A stretch of DNA of 63,999 nucleotides, counting the filler, from Octopus bimaculoides (lineage: Eukaryota): assembly GCF_001194135.2 (NCBI RefSeq). It is 7 parts of 7 records of this genome, joined end to end, with 100 filler letters (N's around TTAATTAATTAA, not from the genome) between each part and the next. Parts side by side here need not be neighbours in the genome. Positions count along the whole stretch, not along the records: positions 20,716 to 26,212 come from NC_069006.1; positions 26,313 to 37,371 come from NC_068991.1; 5 more parts are not named here. One strand, written 5' to 3'. The notes below the pieces were generated by a model that was not told where the DNA came from, made no database searches, and saw only the letters and a program-made list of their open reading frames with translations. Of the stretch, positions 23,531-36,272 are shown piece by piece. The number at the start of each line of letters is the position of its first letter. Position 1 is the first letter of the stretch. The translations under genes were made by a program, and so were the position numbers.

Positions 23531-23905
23531 CACCCTGTTGCCGAGGGTTTAAGCTAACTCGCCTTGTCAGTTTATAGAAAACACCATAGGAATCAGAGCC
23601 TGATTCCATAAATTATAAACTTCTAAGATGGTTAATATGTATGTATGTGTATATATATATATGTATGTGTGTGTGTGTGTGTGAAAGAGGACTAGAAATA
23701 CCGAGGCATAGCAAGCATCTCATGTGTCATATACATTATTATTATTATTAAAATATTATTCTTAAAATAGTTGAGGGCTTACAACTGTTTCTGGGATATC
23801 CCAAGTGATAGGCGAGTATGTCTGGATATGGGGTATTCTGCCATCAGAGAGAAGTAGAGAACATATGAAAGACATGAAAATATTCAGTGAACTAAACCCT
23901 CGCAT

Positions 23906-23936
<31 letters not shown>

Positions 23937-24663
23937 AATCTAAAAGAAAAACAAACGCAAAAACACAACAACACGCGGATGTGGTACATGTAAAGTATTA
24001 GCAGACGCTCAGGGAAGAAAAGAAAGATGGTTCAACGTTTCGAGCAGACGCTCTTCTTCGGAAAGAGAGGAATGTCCAATAGAAGGGAAGACGGGGGAAG
24101 AAAATCGCCAAAGATTCACATGTGGTTACATTTTGAAATATATAGCTGTGAAATCTGAAGAAGAAATCAGAGTAGTGTAAGAGATCAAGAAGTAAAGTCA
24201 ATCACCACATCAAAGTGGCTGATTCATGGTACTTGTAGTTTATATATTGCTAGGAAGGGGAGCGAACTCCTGGAGATTGAATTTGCTTGTTAGTATAGTT
24301 GTTACTCTGATTTCGTCTTGAGATTTTACAACTCATTGTTTTGTTTGTTGAAAATCAGTGACCGATGGTCACTTCGTTTACAATATACTGCTGGCTCGAA
24401 CAAACCCTGGCTATCGTTTTGATGACCAGGTAGGTATTCGCGGTTGAGGATGGGCCAACCAACTCGAAACTGAGTCAGTCTCGCGATCCTGTTGCCTGCT
24501 AGTGGATGTTGTCTGCTAGGGGTTCGCTCCCCCCTGCTAGCAATATATAAAGGGTGCAGCGTCGCACCGATAACCAGCTGGTGGACGATCTGCCTGGGGT
24601 TAAACTAGTAGTAACATGGAACAGCCACTTTGATGTGGCGATTGACGTTGTCTGTAGGTTTCC

Positions 24664-25130
24664 CTACCTCGTTTTCACGTTTTCCGGCTTCAAAAGGAGC
24701 AGGATTTCAATGGTTATTCCGGACCAGTTTTTCCTGCTGCTCCGTTCAACCTCCAGGAGTGACTCCAGATCATCTGCCACGCACGCTATGCTCCACCAAA
24801 CATCCACGCCTCTTGAAACGCATCTTATTTTTATTCTGGCAGTTCTTTTTGAGAGATAGGTTGCGTACAGGACCCATTCCTCACTCCATCGAGACATTAC
24901 TGCATGTTTACGTGCGAGTTCTTCAATTTTGAAGCGGACCTGAAAGCTGGCATACCGTCTGCCTCTTTGTAAGTGGGCCACGTCTTCTAAAATGTCCTTC
25001 AGAACCTCCTTCGCTTGACACATAATTGCTCACCTGCTCTTGCGCGAGACACATTTAAAATAAATAGTTTTTTCCCCTTCATTTCCAACAATTCAGGGGA
25101 TATAAGAACCAATGCCTTACTCCCCTCAAT
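24664..25130 (-). pseudogene. ORF1/gag-like remnant homologous to 3549-4330 and 36968-37363
   Basis: LKDILEDVAHLQRGRRYASFQVRF...ARKHA...LYATYLSKRTARIKIRCV...RKNWSGITIEI aligns by eye with the other two. Confidence 0.65.
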
Positions 25131-25185
25131 TTTTATGATTTTGTTTTGGCTTGGGTCAGTTCTTTCGCTTTTTCATCAAGGGCCA

Positions 25186-25590
25186 ACTCTCTTTACTCTT
25201 CTACCCTTTTACTTGTTTCAGTCATTTGACTGCGGTCATGCTGGAGCACCGCCTTTAGTCGAATCAAATCAACCCCAGGACTTATTCTTTGTAACCCTAG
25301 TACTTATTCTATCGGTTCTTTTGCCGAACCGCTAAGTTCCGGGGACGTAAACACACCACCATCGGTTTTTAAGTGATGTTGTGGGGGACAAACACAAATA
25401 CACAACATATACACACGCATACATATATACATATATACGACGGGCTTCTTTCAGTTTCCGTCTACCAAATCCACTCACAAGCTTTGGTCGGCCCGAGGCC
25501 GACACTTGCCAAGGTGCCACGCAGTGGGACTGGACCCAGAACCATGTGGTTGGTAAGCAAGCTACTTACCACACAGCCACTCCTGCGCCT
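25186..25590 (-). mobile_element. Family-1 SINE, full length
   Basis: High identity to the other young copies. Confidence 0.92.
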
Positions 25591-26949
25591 AAATGTTTCC
25601 CAACGGAAACATTTCTTTCTTAAAGCTGGCTACGTCGGAAAATTATTTAAAATTCGTGGAATTCTTGTTTTGCTCGGTGTTCCTTACCTTACTTCACTTT
25701 GTCTTTGGTTTGGTAGTTTCTCTTTGGTTTGGTACCAGTAGTGGTCGTCGTGGTGTTGCTGTAATTTCTACTGTCTTCTCTCTCTCTCTCTCTCTCTCTT
25801 TTCCGTCTTCGCTTTCTTGCTGTTGTAGATACTGATATCACATGCTTCGCGAGCTCTCACATGGCTCAGGCTGTTGTTATGACGGAGGGAAATCTTCTTC
25901 TGTGGGAGAGCTGGTGGGAGGAACGACTTTCCTCCTCGACGCTCCCATTTTTGTTGCTGATGCTGATGGTAATGGTGATGATGACAACGCCATCTTCTCT
26001 GTTTGCACTAGTTTTCTGGCCACAAAGCTGACATACGGATCAGAAACAACGAGGAACACCTGCCAAAAGTTCCCCGGTGTTCTTATTGTCAGTTTATAGC
26101 AAAAATTGATAACATCTATTTGTAAAGACAGGGTGAAAAACACAGCTTAAAGCATAACTGACGAAGCGTGTTGGAAAGAACGTCTTACGTATTCCGCAGC
26201 GAATAATAATCANNNNNNNNNNNNNNNNNNNNNNNNNNNNNNNNNNNNNNNNNNNNTTAATTAATTAANNNNNNNNNNNNNNNNNNNNNNNNNNNNNNNN
26301 NNNNNNNNNNNNTATATATATATATATATATATATATAAGGGGTGCATGGCTTAGTGGTTAGGGTGTTTCACACATGATCTAGCGATTGTGATTTCAATT
26401 CCTAGACCTGGTGATGTGTTGTGTTCTTGAGCAAAACGCTTCATTCCAGAGTGAACTATGTCATGGTACTGTTTTACTCACAGATGGTGCCCAACTGACT
26501 CTACCATACTGTGTAGTTGACAGAATCAAAAACAAACAATGCGCATGCACGAAATTAGAAATATAAAATGGCAGCAATTTATCCATCGCACCCTGTATAG
26601 GAACATAATCTGTTCTAGAGTGCTGTTCATTAACCAAATTGTTCATTACATGAGTAATTGAAATACATATAAATTGGGATAATCTGTTTTATGCTACACT
26701 CAGCTTCCACATAAAAACATGAAATGATGTTTTATCTGTCCATCCATCAAAAACGAATACCTTAATGTATGTGTGTGTGTGTGTATGTGTATTTTTCCAT
26801 TGTCTTGCTTCTGTCAATTCTTGATTATATTTTTTAGCAAAAAACAAAAAAAAAAAAAAATCTTTTATATGAAATATGGAAATTTGCAGGCTATATGAAA
26901 TGCATTCATGGTTGTTAACAAACTGTTATAGGTCACGGACAAAAAACAG

Positions 26950-27330
26950 GTGCAGGCATGTCTGTGTGGTAAGAAGCTTGCTTCTCAATCACATGGTTAT
27001 AGGTTCAGTCCCACTGTAGAGCCTTGCGCAAGTGTCTTCCACTATAGCCCTAGGCCAACCAAAGGCTTGTGAGTGGTTTTAGCAAATGGAAACTGAAAAA
27101 TCCTGCTGTATATATATATGTGTGTGCGTGCGTGCGTGTCTTTGTGTTTGTCCCTTACATCTGCTTGACAACCAGTGTTGGTTTGTTTACATTCCTGTAA
27201 CTTATCAGTTTAGCCCCCCCCCCCCTGACAGGATAAGTATCAGGCTTAAAAATAAATACTAAACCCCTCCAAAATAGTGTGCCAGCTTGACTGCATTGGT
27301 ACCCTAGCATAGCTGCTGTTCAATGACTGT
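26950..27330 (+). mobile_element. Family-1 SINE, diverged
   Basis: ggtgcaggcatgtctgtgtggtaagaagcttgc head with recognisable core and tail. Confidence 0.8.
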
Positions 27331-30203
27331 AATAAATAAAAATGTTAAGTAATGTAAAAGTAAATTAATGTTGCACTTCATTGTAATAGTAGAAATATAA
27401 ACCAATAAGTTACAACTTGGTGTACTTTTGCAGATCTATGGCATGTACATAGTTGATCAAAGTATTTTGTTGGTCATCAGAGTCTCCTGCAATAGACCCA
27501 TCATTATGGCTGCTGGGCATATATGATGTCCTAAAACTTAGAAGACAAAAGAAAATTCAGTTTCATGGCGATCTGGCTGTTACACCAAACGATATAATTT
27601 TGTTTTATATGCATCCCTCACAATATGGCAATATTGTGTTCTGGAAAGTCTTGCCAAAACCTATTAAATTCTGTTTTCCTTTGATTTGCATGTTACATGG
27701 AAGTCAATGGGAAATATGTTTTGCATTACACGATTCTACATTATGGTGAGAATTTTAGGAACACAATGTTTCAGTTATGTGAGGGATATCTGTAAGTAGA
27801 TCTCTTGTATTGCTGAAATTGTGATTTTTGTCCTTGCTAGAGACTTTGATATAATTTCTTCACAACAAAGAAAACTGCTTTTAACAAAAAGATGCTGCTG
27901 ATTTCTAATTTCATTTAATTTATTTGGCGATTATACTTCAAATATAATATACAAAATTCTAGATTTTTCTCCAGCTTTGGTTTCAATGGTTACCTCCCTT
28001 GAATATGTTCAGCTTTCCAAGTTAAATTATTGGTAAATTATAAACTAGGAATAGAAGCTGTCGAATATTTTATTCTGCCCATCAAATTTTTGAGCCCTTG
28101 TTGTTGTTTAATCCCTAGTTGTCTCTGTTAGAGCAGACCTATAATCAAAGGCATGACAATCACATCTATTATTCAGACAGTGTATCAGAAACTATAAAAT
28201 CCAGCATGCTCTTTTTATTTTATAATACAGTTGCATATATTTTGAGAGAGAACCGGTTAAATGATCGAGTAGAGCCTCTGCAGTTGGTCCATTGCTCAGC
28301 TTGTTGGTAATGGTAAATAAAGCTTAATCTACTTTCTGAAGTCCCAACCTGTTGAGGAAGACACATCTCTTCCTGGATAAGATATTATTTATTCACAGAT
28401 CGTTTCAACACTTTTTCATTTGAGGCTATCCAATCAATAACCCATACCTGAGTGTTACCTTTATTTTTAGTTAATTAGATTTTCTTTTTTATCATTTGAA
28501 GTGGCTTCAGTGTGAAGGACTAAGTCAACCTAGGCAGGTTACATATTCACATTTGTGACTACAAATATCATACATTATTAAGGCTTAAAGCTTGACTGCT
28601 CCAATATCAAATTGTGAGAAAATTCTTGTGTGGCACCTTGGGCAAGTGTTTTCTATAACTCTGGGATTTGGTAGATGGAAACTGAAAGAAGCCTGTCATG
28701 TGTTGTGTGCATCTTTATGCTTGTTTCCCACCACTGCTTGACAACTGGTGTTGGTTTGTTTACATTCCCGTAACTTAGTGGTTCAGTAAAAAGACTAATG
28801 GAATAAGCACTAGGCTTAGAAAAACGTACTGGGGTTGATTTGTTCGACTAAACACTCCAAGCCTGCCCATAGTCTAATGACTGAAACAAATAAATGATAA
28901 ATGATAAAAGATCATCTCATGAATGGAGTTATTGGTGATTCAAAAGTGGCAGAGATTGGGGTGATTTTAGGTTTGAATTAACAAATGGATCAACTGCTGT
29001 CTTGCAATGTAATTCATTTTATGAATAGAATTTCTTAATGTGCCTGCTTGACAAATGAGTAAAATCTTAGTTCTCAGTGTAGAAGTCAGTGGTTACCTCC
29101 TCTGACAGTGGTTATTTCTATAAATATTACTTAATATGATCTGAAGAGTGTGTGTGTGTGTGTGATTCTTCTACCTTGCATTTTCTACCGTATTTTTTGC
29201 CTTCAGCTAAACTTCACTTTTTCTTATACTATAAGTTCTATTTCATACCTCCAGTCACACATACAAAATATTTTTAAAGATGTCTGCTGTTTTGTTTCTT
29301 GAAAAGATCATTTGTGATATTTTTTGCAAAGCGCAAAGACAGAGAAATAGCTGAAGCATTAGAGCATTGCCTTGTAGTGTTAAATATATTTTTATGTTGT
29401 AGTTCAAATCATTTTAGTGCCAACTTTTGCCTTTTGTCCCTTTAGGGTTAATCAAATAAGTCCCAGTTATGTAAAGACATTGATTTAATCAACTGTATTA
29501 TACCTCTTCCCTTGCAATTGGAGGCCTTGTGCAAAGAAGAGAAATTAATACTTTGAAAAAATATTGTATGTGAAAGTGACTTAAGAGAGAGTAAAAAGTC
29601 ACACTGGATGCTTAATGCTTTATTATTACAAGTTTGGTCATTCCCTATGTTGAATTCACATCCTGCCAAGTGATCGGCCATCATTTACTTTTTTGGGACT
29701 CAGTTAAATACAAGTAACAGTAATGTTTAGTAATTCACTGTGTTGCATTATCATCCTACCAAGAGGTCAACTGACTTTTATTTTTCTGTGGCTCACCAAA
29801 GTACAAAGAATGTTCTTGGACTGAGTTTGTTGACTTGAAGTGTTCTCTATGAAAATAAACAAGAATGGCCTGTATACCTTGTGGAGACAAAAAAAAAAAA
29901 AAAAAAAATCAACTATGAAGTTGGCATTAAATGTTTTTAATTCACACTTCTTGAAATTTATTTAAATTTCTGCTTCTGTAGAATGTTAACATGTGTCATT
30001 TTATGTTTTTTCTTTTCTTTTTTTTTTCTTTCATGGCTGTGAGATAAAGAAATTCTTTCTAACCATTTAGTTCTGAATTTGGCCTGTGGCACCTTGGACA
30101 AGTGTCTTCTATTGTCTATGGCCTTGTGCTGACCAAAGTCATGTGAATAAAATTTGGTAGACAGAAACTGCAGAAAGGTGCCTTATATTTGTATATATAT
30201 GTA

Positions 30204-30372
30204 GGCGTAGGAGTGGCTGTGTGGTAAGTAGCTTGCTTACAAACTACATGGTTCTGGGTTCAGTCCCACTGTGTAACACCTTGGGCAAGTATCTTTTACT
30301 ATAGCCTCGGGCCGACCAAAGAGTTGTGAGTGGATTTGGTAGACGGAAACTGAAAGAAGCCAGTCGTATATA

Positions 30373-30453
<81 letters not shown>

Positions 30454-30670
30454 ATATATTTGTGTATCTGTGTTTGTCCCCACAACATCGCTTGACAACC
30501 AATGCTGGTGTGTTTACGTCCCCGTAACTTAGTGGTTCGGCAAAAGACACCGATAGAATAAGTACTAGGCTTACAAAGAATAAGTCCTGGGGTCAATTTC
30601 TTCGACTAAAGGTGGTGCTCCAGCATGGCCACAGTCATATGACCGAAACAAGTAAAAGAGAGTAAAGAGA
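30204..30670 (+). mobile_element. Family-1 SINE, full length, with an expanded internal (TA)n
   Basis: GGCGTAGGAGTGGCTGTGTGGTAAG head to GTAAAAGAG tail. Confidence 0.92.
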
Positions 30671-31429
30671 GCATCTCGGATGAGATGGCTAAACAAAAAT
30701 TGCTGTATTGAACTAAGTTTCGTTCTGGCATTTACTTTGAGGTTAACTTTACTATTTTGTTCCTTATAAAAGGTATAAAATAAATATAAAACAAAGTACC
30801 AGGGTTAATATAATCAATTAAACCTCTTGAAAGTGGTGCGACATACAGGTATGACTGTAAGTTTGTTTCAAAATCACCTGGTTTAGAGTTTGTTCCTACT
30901 TTGTGATGCTGTTAGCTGATGTCTTCTACTAGAGCTATGAGCTGATCAATGCCTTGTGAGTGAATTGGTAGATGGAAATTGTAAGCAGTCTCTCTCTCAC
31001 ACACACATACACATGTGTTTGTGTCTTCTTGTTGATTCAAAACATGGTTACTATTCATTCAAACAAGTAATTTGTTTACAATCTGCTGTAGAAATATGTC
31101 CAGCCATTGAGCTGTTCATTGTCAAATGAGAGAGATCCACCATCACCACTATTAATATTTGTATCACAATTAAAATTGTGTTGTGTTTCTTAGATTATTT
31201 TCTGTGTATGAAGTATATCATTTTGTACATTTTCAGTTTTGGCTTTGGGAGCGTGATGTGAAATATTCGTGGCCATATCTCTGTTTGTAATTTTGTGGAA
31301 AACATAAACTTTGTGCAAAATTAAACTTTTGTTTTGCTTTTGTCTGCCCTCGTAGTGGACAGCTCCAGACTATGAAGTAGTAAAGTATTATTTTTTTCTG
31401 AGCAAGTTATAAGCAATAATAATTGTTTC

Positions 31430-31641
31430 TAATATAATCACAAGAGCTGAAATTTGAGAGAAAGGCGAGTCAATAACATCAGTCACATTACTTGAATGGT
31501 ACTTTATTTGTCAACTCCTGAAGAATGAAAGGAAATGCTGACCTCAGCGGGATTTGAACTCAGAATGTAAAGTGTCAGAACAAATACTGCATAGTTTATT
31601 TTCTTTTAATACCTTAATGCATCTTCCAGCTTACTGTCCTC

Positions 31642-31678
<37 letters not shown>

Positions 31679-32200
31679 GTTTCAAATTTTGACGCAAGGG
31701 CAGCAGTCTTGGAGGAAAGGGATGAGTCGATTACATCAACCTCAGTCTTCAACTGGTACTTATTTTATTGACCCTGAAAGGATGAAGAGCAAAGTTGGCC
31801 TCAGTGGAATTTGAACTCAGAATGTAAAGACAGACAAAATGCTGCTAAGCATTTTGATCAGCATGCTAATGTTTCTATCAGCTCACCACCTTTTTAATAA
31901 TGGTTTCAAATTTTGACACAAGGCCAGCATTTTCGGGTTGAGGGTTAAGTTGATTGCACCGCTGCCAGTGTTCAACTGGCCTTTATTTTATCTACTTCGA
32001 AATAATGAAAGGCAAAGTTGACCTCAGTGGAATTTGTATAATAATAATAATAATAATAATAATCTACTATAGGCCCAAGGGCTGAAATTTTGGGATAGGG
32101 AACTAGTTGATTGCATTGACCCCAGTGCTCAACTGGTACTTATTTTATCAACCCCAAAAAGATGAAAGGTAAAGTTGACTTTGGCAGAATTAATAATGAT
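31430..32200 (-). mobile_element. Stack of truncated family-2 SINEs separated by (AAT)n
   Basis: About five recurrences of gaaaggcaaagttgacctcagtggaatttgaactcagaatg-like cores in the same orientation. Confidence 0.8.
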
Positions 32201-33639
32201 AATAAGTTGAGTTTCTCTGTCTATCCATCACTCACTGTCCTCAGATCAAGATGATTTTCAAGTAATTCATCTGGAGATGTGAAATGAAAATGGTAAATTT
32301 ATTCAATATATTCATTGAATTAACATAGGCTATGTAGGGAAAAATAAAGGTTATTTTTTATTCTTGGTCAAAGTTTATTTTTTTCCTTGCATGTGACTTA
32401 GAAAACAAAACAAAACAAACAATGGTCATGAATATTTCACTCTCAAATACAAGACTGTGTGATGAAAGGAAAAGGTTAAAGACAGGAGACTGGAAGAAAG
32501 AAAATAATGATAGTAACAGATTTGCTAAAGCATTCATTTAGTAAAACAGTTATTCTGCTGTAAACTTATTTTGGTTTAATGAATATAATTCCTTCTATCA
32601 CTTAAAAAAAACAACATTTATTTCTGAGGTGGATAAACTGTTTTACAAAAAAAAACAAACAAAAAAAAACCTGCAGTTATTTCTGCTGTTTGGTAAATAT
32701 ATTATTTCTCACTTAAATATGCCATTTTCATGCAAAAGCACTTATTACACTCTCAGGGTGATTGGTGTTAGGAAGGGCATCCAGCCACAGAAATCATGCC
32801 AAATCAGACTGGAGTCTGGTGCAGCCCCTCAGCTTACCAGCCCTGGTCAAACTGTCCAACTCATGCAAGTATGGACAATGGACATTAAATGATGATGATG
32901 ATATAGGACATGAGGAGTTTTTGTCAGGATGATGCAAACTAATAGGTATGTGTTCTGAATGCTCAAATTGGTGTGCCACCAAAATTCCAGTTTGAACAGC
33001 AGTTGAAGTTGTGATTATGTGATTGTCTTGTTCAAAACGGCTAAATGTAGCTTCCTTTTGAGTCAGTAGGTGTAGGTTAAAGTAGTGAGGAAAGGTGAAT
33101 AGTTAGGCAAGGCATGACAAAGACATTTAATTTCATTTAATTCAATCTAAATTTTGCTACATAACAAATGGTAAAAGATAGTGTCTGACAGCTGTTTCTG
33201 GGATATCCCAACTATTGGAGCATTGTACTGAGCGAAGACTCTGTAAGTTGGGTATTCTGTCATTGGAGAAATATAGGTTAGACAGTGGAAAAAAGTTCCA
33301 CATCAATAATACTTGTTTCTGGAATAATTTATCTCTGGGAACAAGGGTGTTTCGTTCAACATCCTTAAACAACCCTAATTCAAGGACCTTTTGACCTGAA
33401 GAAAATTCTAACTGGGCTCCACCTGCAAGGTCATGCACTGTTTATCTTGATATGAGATCACCATGTCATGCACATATGATTATGATGCATGTGCCTGGTG
33501 TACCCTTATCAGACGGGTAGTCATGATGGGTATACTGGGCTTTGTATATTTTACCCCAGTGTCAATTTGATGGCATGCATTGCTCTCTCAATAATAATGC
33601 TCTACACAATCACTTCCACATGAGACTACACAATCATTT

Positions 33640-34130
33640 CCATGTAGCCATAACTAAAGTTGTTGGAAAACAAAATAGGTAGGATGGGATGAAGAAAGGA
33701 GCACTGAGAATAAAGAGACAGAGCACCATGCAGGCAGTGCAAGACCAAACTTGGGCCACAAATTGGAGGATCAATCTTAAGAATGAGCAAGTGTCCCCAC
33801 TGTGCCAAATCTGTAATAAAGTGGATGAAATCATTGCCTATATCATGAATGAATGCCCTAGACTTACCCAAAACCATTCTAAGTTGAGGTAACATGATGA
33901 GGTAGCAAAAGTGCTACATTGGAAACTATGTGAAAAGTGGGGGTCTAGAGATAGGCAAGACATGGTATGAGCACAAACCATAGAGAGTGTTGGAATCAGA
34001 GACCAGCAAAATCCTATGGGATTTCCCAATCCAAACAGATCAGGTGCTATAACACAAGGTAGACCTATTGGTAGTGGACAAGGTGAAGCTCGTGCTATAT
34101 AATTGATGTTGTGTGCCCCTTTAACTTATG
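33640..34130 (+). mobile_element. R4/Dong-like (RLE-type) non-LTR retrotransposon C-terminal fragment
   Basis: CQICNKVDEIIAYIMNECP zinc-finger region, HDEVAKVLHWKLCEKWG, WYEHKP, KILWDFPIQTD, DLLVVDK, IIDVVCP. Stops and frameshifts present. Confidence 0.85.
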
Positions 34131-34198
34131 AAAAGTTAAGGAGGAAGGCAGAGAGATAGATATATACAATCCTCTTGAATACAAGATAACCCAAAACG

Positions 34199-34470
34199 GA
34201 TTTCCACCTCTTTCGATCTCTTTCAAATGCTATGCGTGGAGTTTCATTCAATACTGATGCAGAATTGAGAGCTTGGTTGGATCAATTTTTTGAGTCGAAA
34301 TCGGGTGATTTCTACCAATGAAGTATTGAAAATCTTGTTGAACATTAAGAAGTTGTAAACGACAAGGGTGAATACATTATTGATTAATTAGCTGTTATTT
34401 TTTTTATTAAACCTTTAAAAAAAATTTAAATTTAAAAAAAAAAACGTTGGGAACTTACTTGCCAACCTAA
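34199..34470 (+). mobile_element. mariner transposon 3' end fragment
   Basis: DFHLFRSLSNAMRGVSFNTDAELRAWLDQFFESK...KGEYIID*, ending in a TIR-like ttgccaacctaa followed by TA. Confidence 0.85.
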
Positions 34471-34954
34471 TAGACGGTTGAAAAAACAGATAGCATGGTA
34501 GTGTANNNNNNNNNNNNNNNNNNNNNNNNNNNNNNNNNNNNNNNNNNNNNNNNNNNNNNNNNNNNNNNNNNNNNNNNNNNNNNNNNNNNNNNNNNNNNNN
34601 NNNNNNNNNNNNNNNNNNNNNNNNNNNNNNNNNNNNNNNNNNNNNNNNNNNNNNNNNNNNNNNNNNNNNNNNNNNNNNNNNNNNNNNNNNNNNNNNNNNN
34701 NNNNNNNNNNNNNNNNNNNNNNNNNNNNNNNNNNNNNNNNNNNNNNNNNNNNNNNNNNNNNNNNNNNNNNNNNNNNNNNNNNNNNNNNNNNNNNNNNNNN
34801 NNNNNNNNNNNNNNNNNNNNNNNNNNNNNNNNNNNNNNNNNNNNNNNNNNNNNNNNNNNNNNNNNNNNNNNNNNNNNNNNNNNNNNNNNNNNNNNNNNNN
34901 NNNNNNNNNNNNNNNNNNNNNNNNNNNNNNNNNNNNNNNNNNNNNNNNNNNNAA

Positions 34955-35979
34955 TGCTTAGCAGTATTTCGTCTGCCGCTACGTTCTGAGTTCAAATTCC
35001 GCCGAGGTCGACTTTGCCTTTCATCCTTTCGGGGTCGATAAAATAAATACCAGTTACGCACTGGGGTCGATGTAATCGACTTAACCCGTTTGTCTGTCCT
35101 TGTTTGTCCCCTCTGTGTGTAGCCCCTTGTGAGCAGTAAACAAATCAGAATTTGAACTCAGAATTCAAAGACAGCCGAAATGTCGCTAAGCATTTTACCT
35201 GACTTGCCATCGATTCTGCCGGCTTGCCACCTTACACCGGCTTACCAATCCTTTCTACTATAGGTACAAGGACTGAAATTTAGATGGAGGAGAATAGTCG
35301 ATTACACCGACTTCCAATGTTCAACGAGTAGTTATTTTATCGACCTTGAATGGATGAAAGCAAAGTCACCGCTGGCGGAATTTGAACTTAGAATGTAAAG
35401 CCAGAAGAAATGAGATCAGCAATTTTCATAGTGTGTTTACTATTTTGTCAGCTCGCTGCCTTTGGTTTCAAATTTTACCCTAACGCCAGCAATTTTTAAA
35501 GGGAGGGACGAGTTGATTACATTGATCCATGTACTTGATTGATACTTTATTATGTCGACTCTGGAATAATTAAAAGGGGAATCAATATTGGTTAGTTAAA
35601 AACTCAGAATGTAAAGAATGAAAGAAATGCTGCTGGGCATTTTTATCCAACCTGCTAAGGATTCTGCCAGCTTGTCGTCTTAACAACAACAACAACAATC
35701 CTATCTACTATAGGCACATGGCCTGAAATTTTGGAGGAGGGGTCTAGTTGATTAGATTGACCCAACAACAACAATAATAATAGTAATAATGATTTCAAAT
35801 TTTGCCACAAGGGCAGCAATTTTGTGGGAGGGGATAAGTCAATATCATCGACCCCAGCATTCAACTGGTACTTATTTTATCGACTCTGAAAGGATGAAAG
35901 ACAAAGTTGACTTCGGCGGAATTTGAACTCAGACTATGCATTTCGCCCGACGAGTTAATGATTCTGCCTGCCCACCGCC

Positions 35980-36017
<38 letters not shown>

Positions 36018-36230
36018 CTTTTCTACTCTAGGCACAAGGCCCAAAGTTTTTGGGGAGAGGGCCAGTCGATTAGATCAACCTCAGTATGCAACTGGTACTT
36101 AATTTATCGATCCCCGAAAGGATGAAAGGCAAAGTCGACCTCGGTGGAATTTGAACTCAGAATGTAAAGACTGACGAATTACCGCTAAGCATTTCACTCG
36201 GCGTGCTAATGTTTCTGCCAACTCGCCGTC

Positions 36231-36240
<10 letters not shown>
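34955..36240. mobile_element. Cluster of family-2 SINE copies (one +, several -) with (AAT)n/(AAC)n spacers
   Basis: Well-preserved + copy at 34955-35145 followed by repeated minus-strand cores. Confidence 0.82.

Positions 36241-36272
<32 letters not shown>

Larger units (their letters stand above)
23104..23640 (-). mobile_element. Penelope-like pLTR remnant with a hammerhead-like motif and internal telomeric repeats
   Basis: Minus strand order: CTGATGA...GAAA core (23480-23530), (CCCTAA)8, then AATAAA (~23172). Bounded by TA/TG microsatellites. PLE assignment is inferred from the motif set. Confidence 0.55.
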
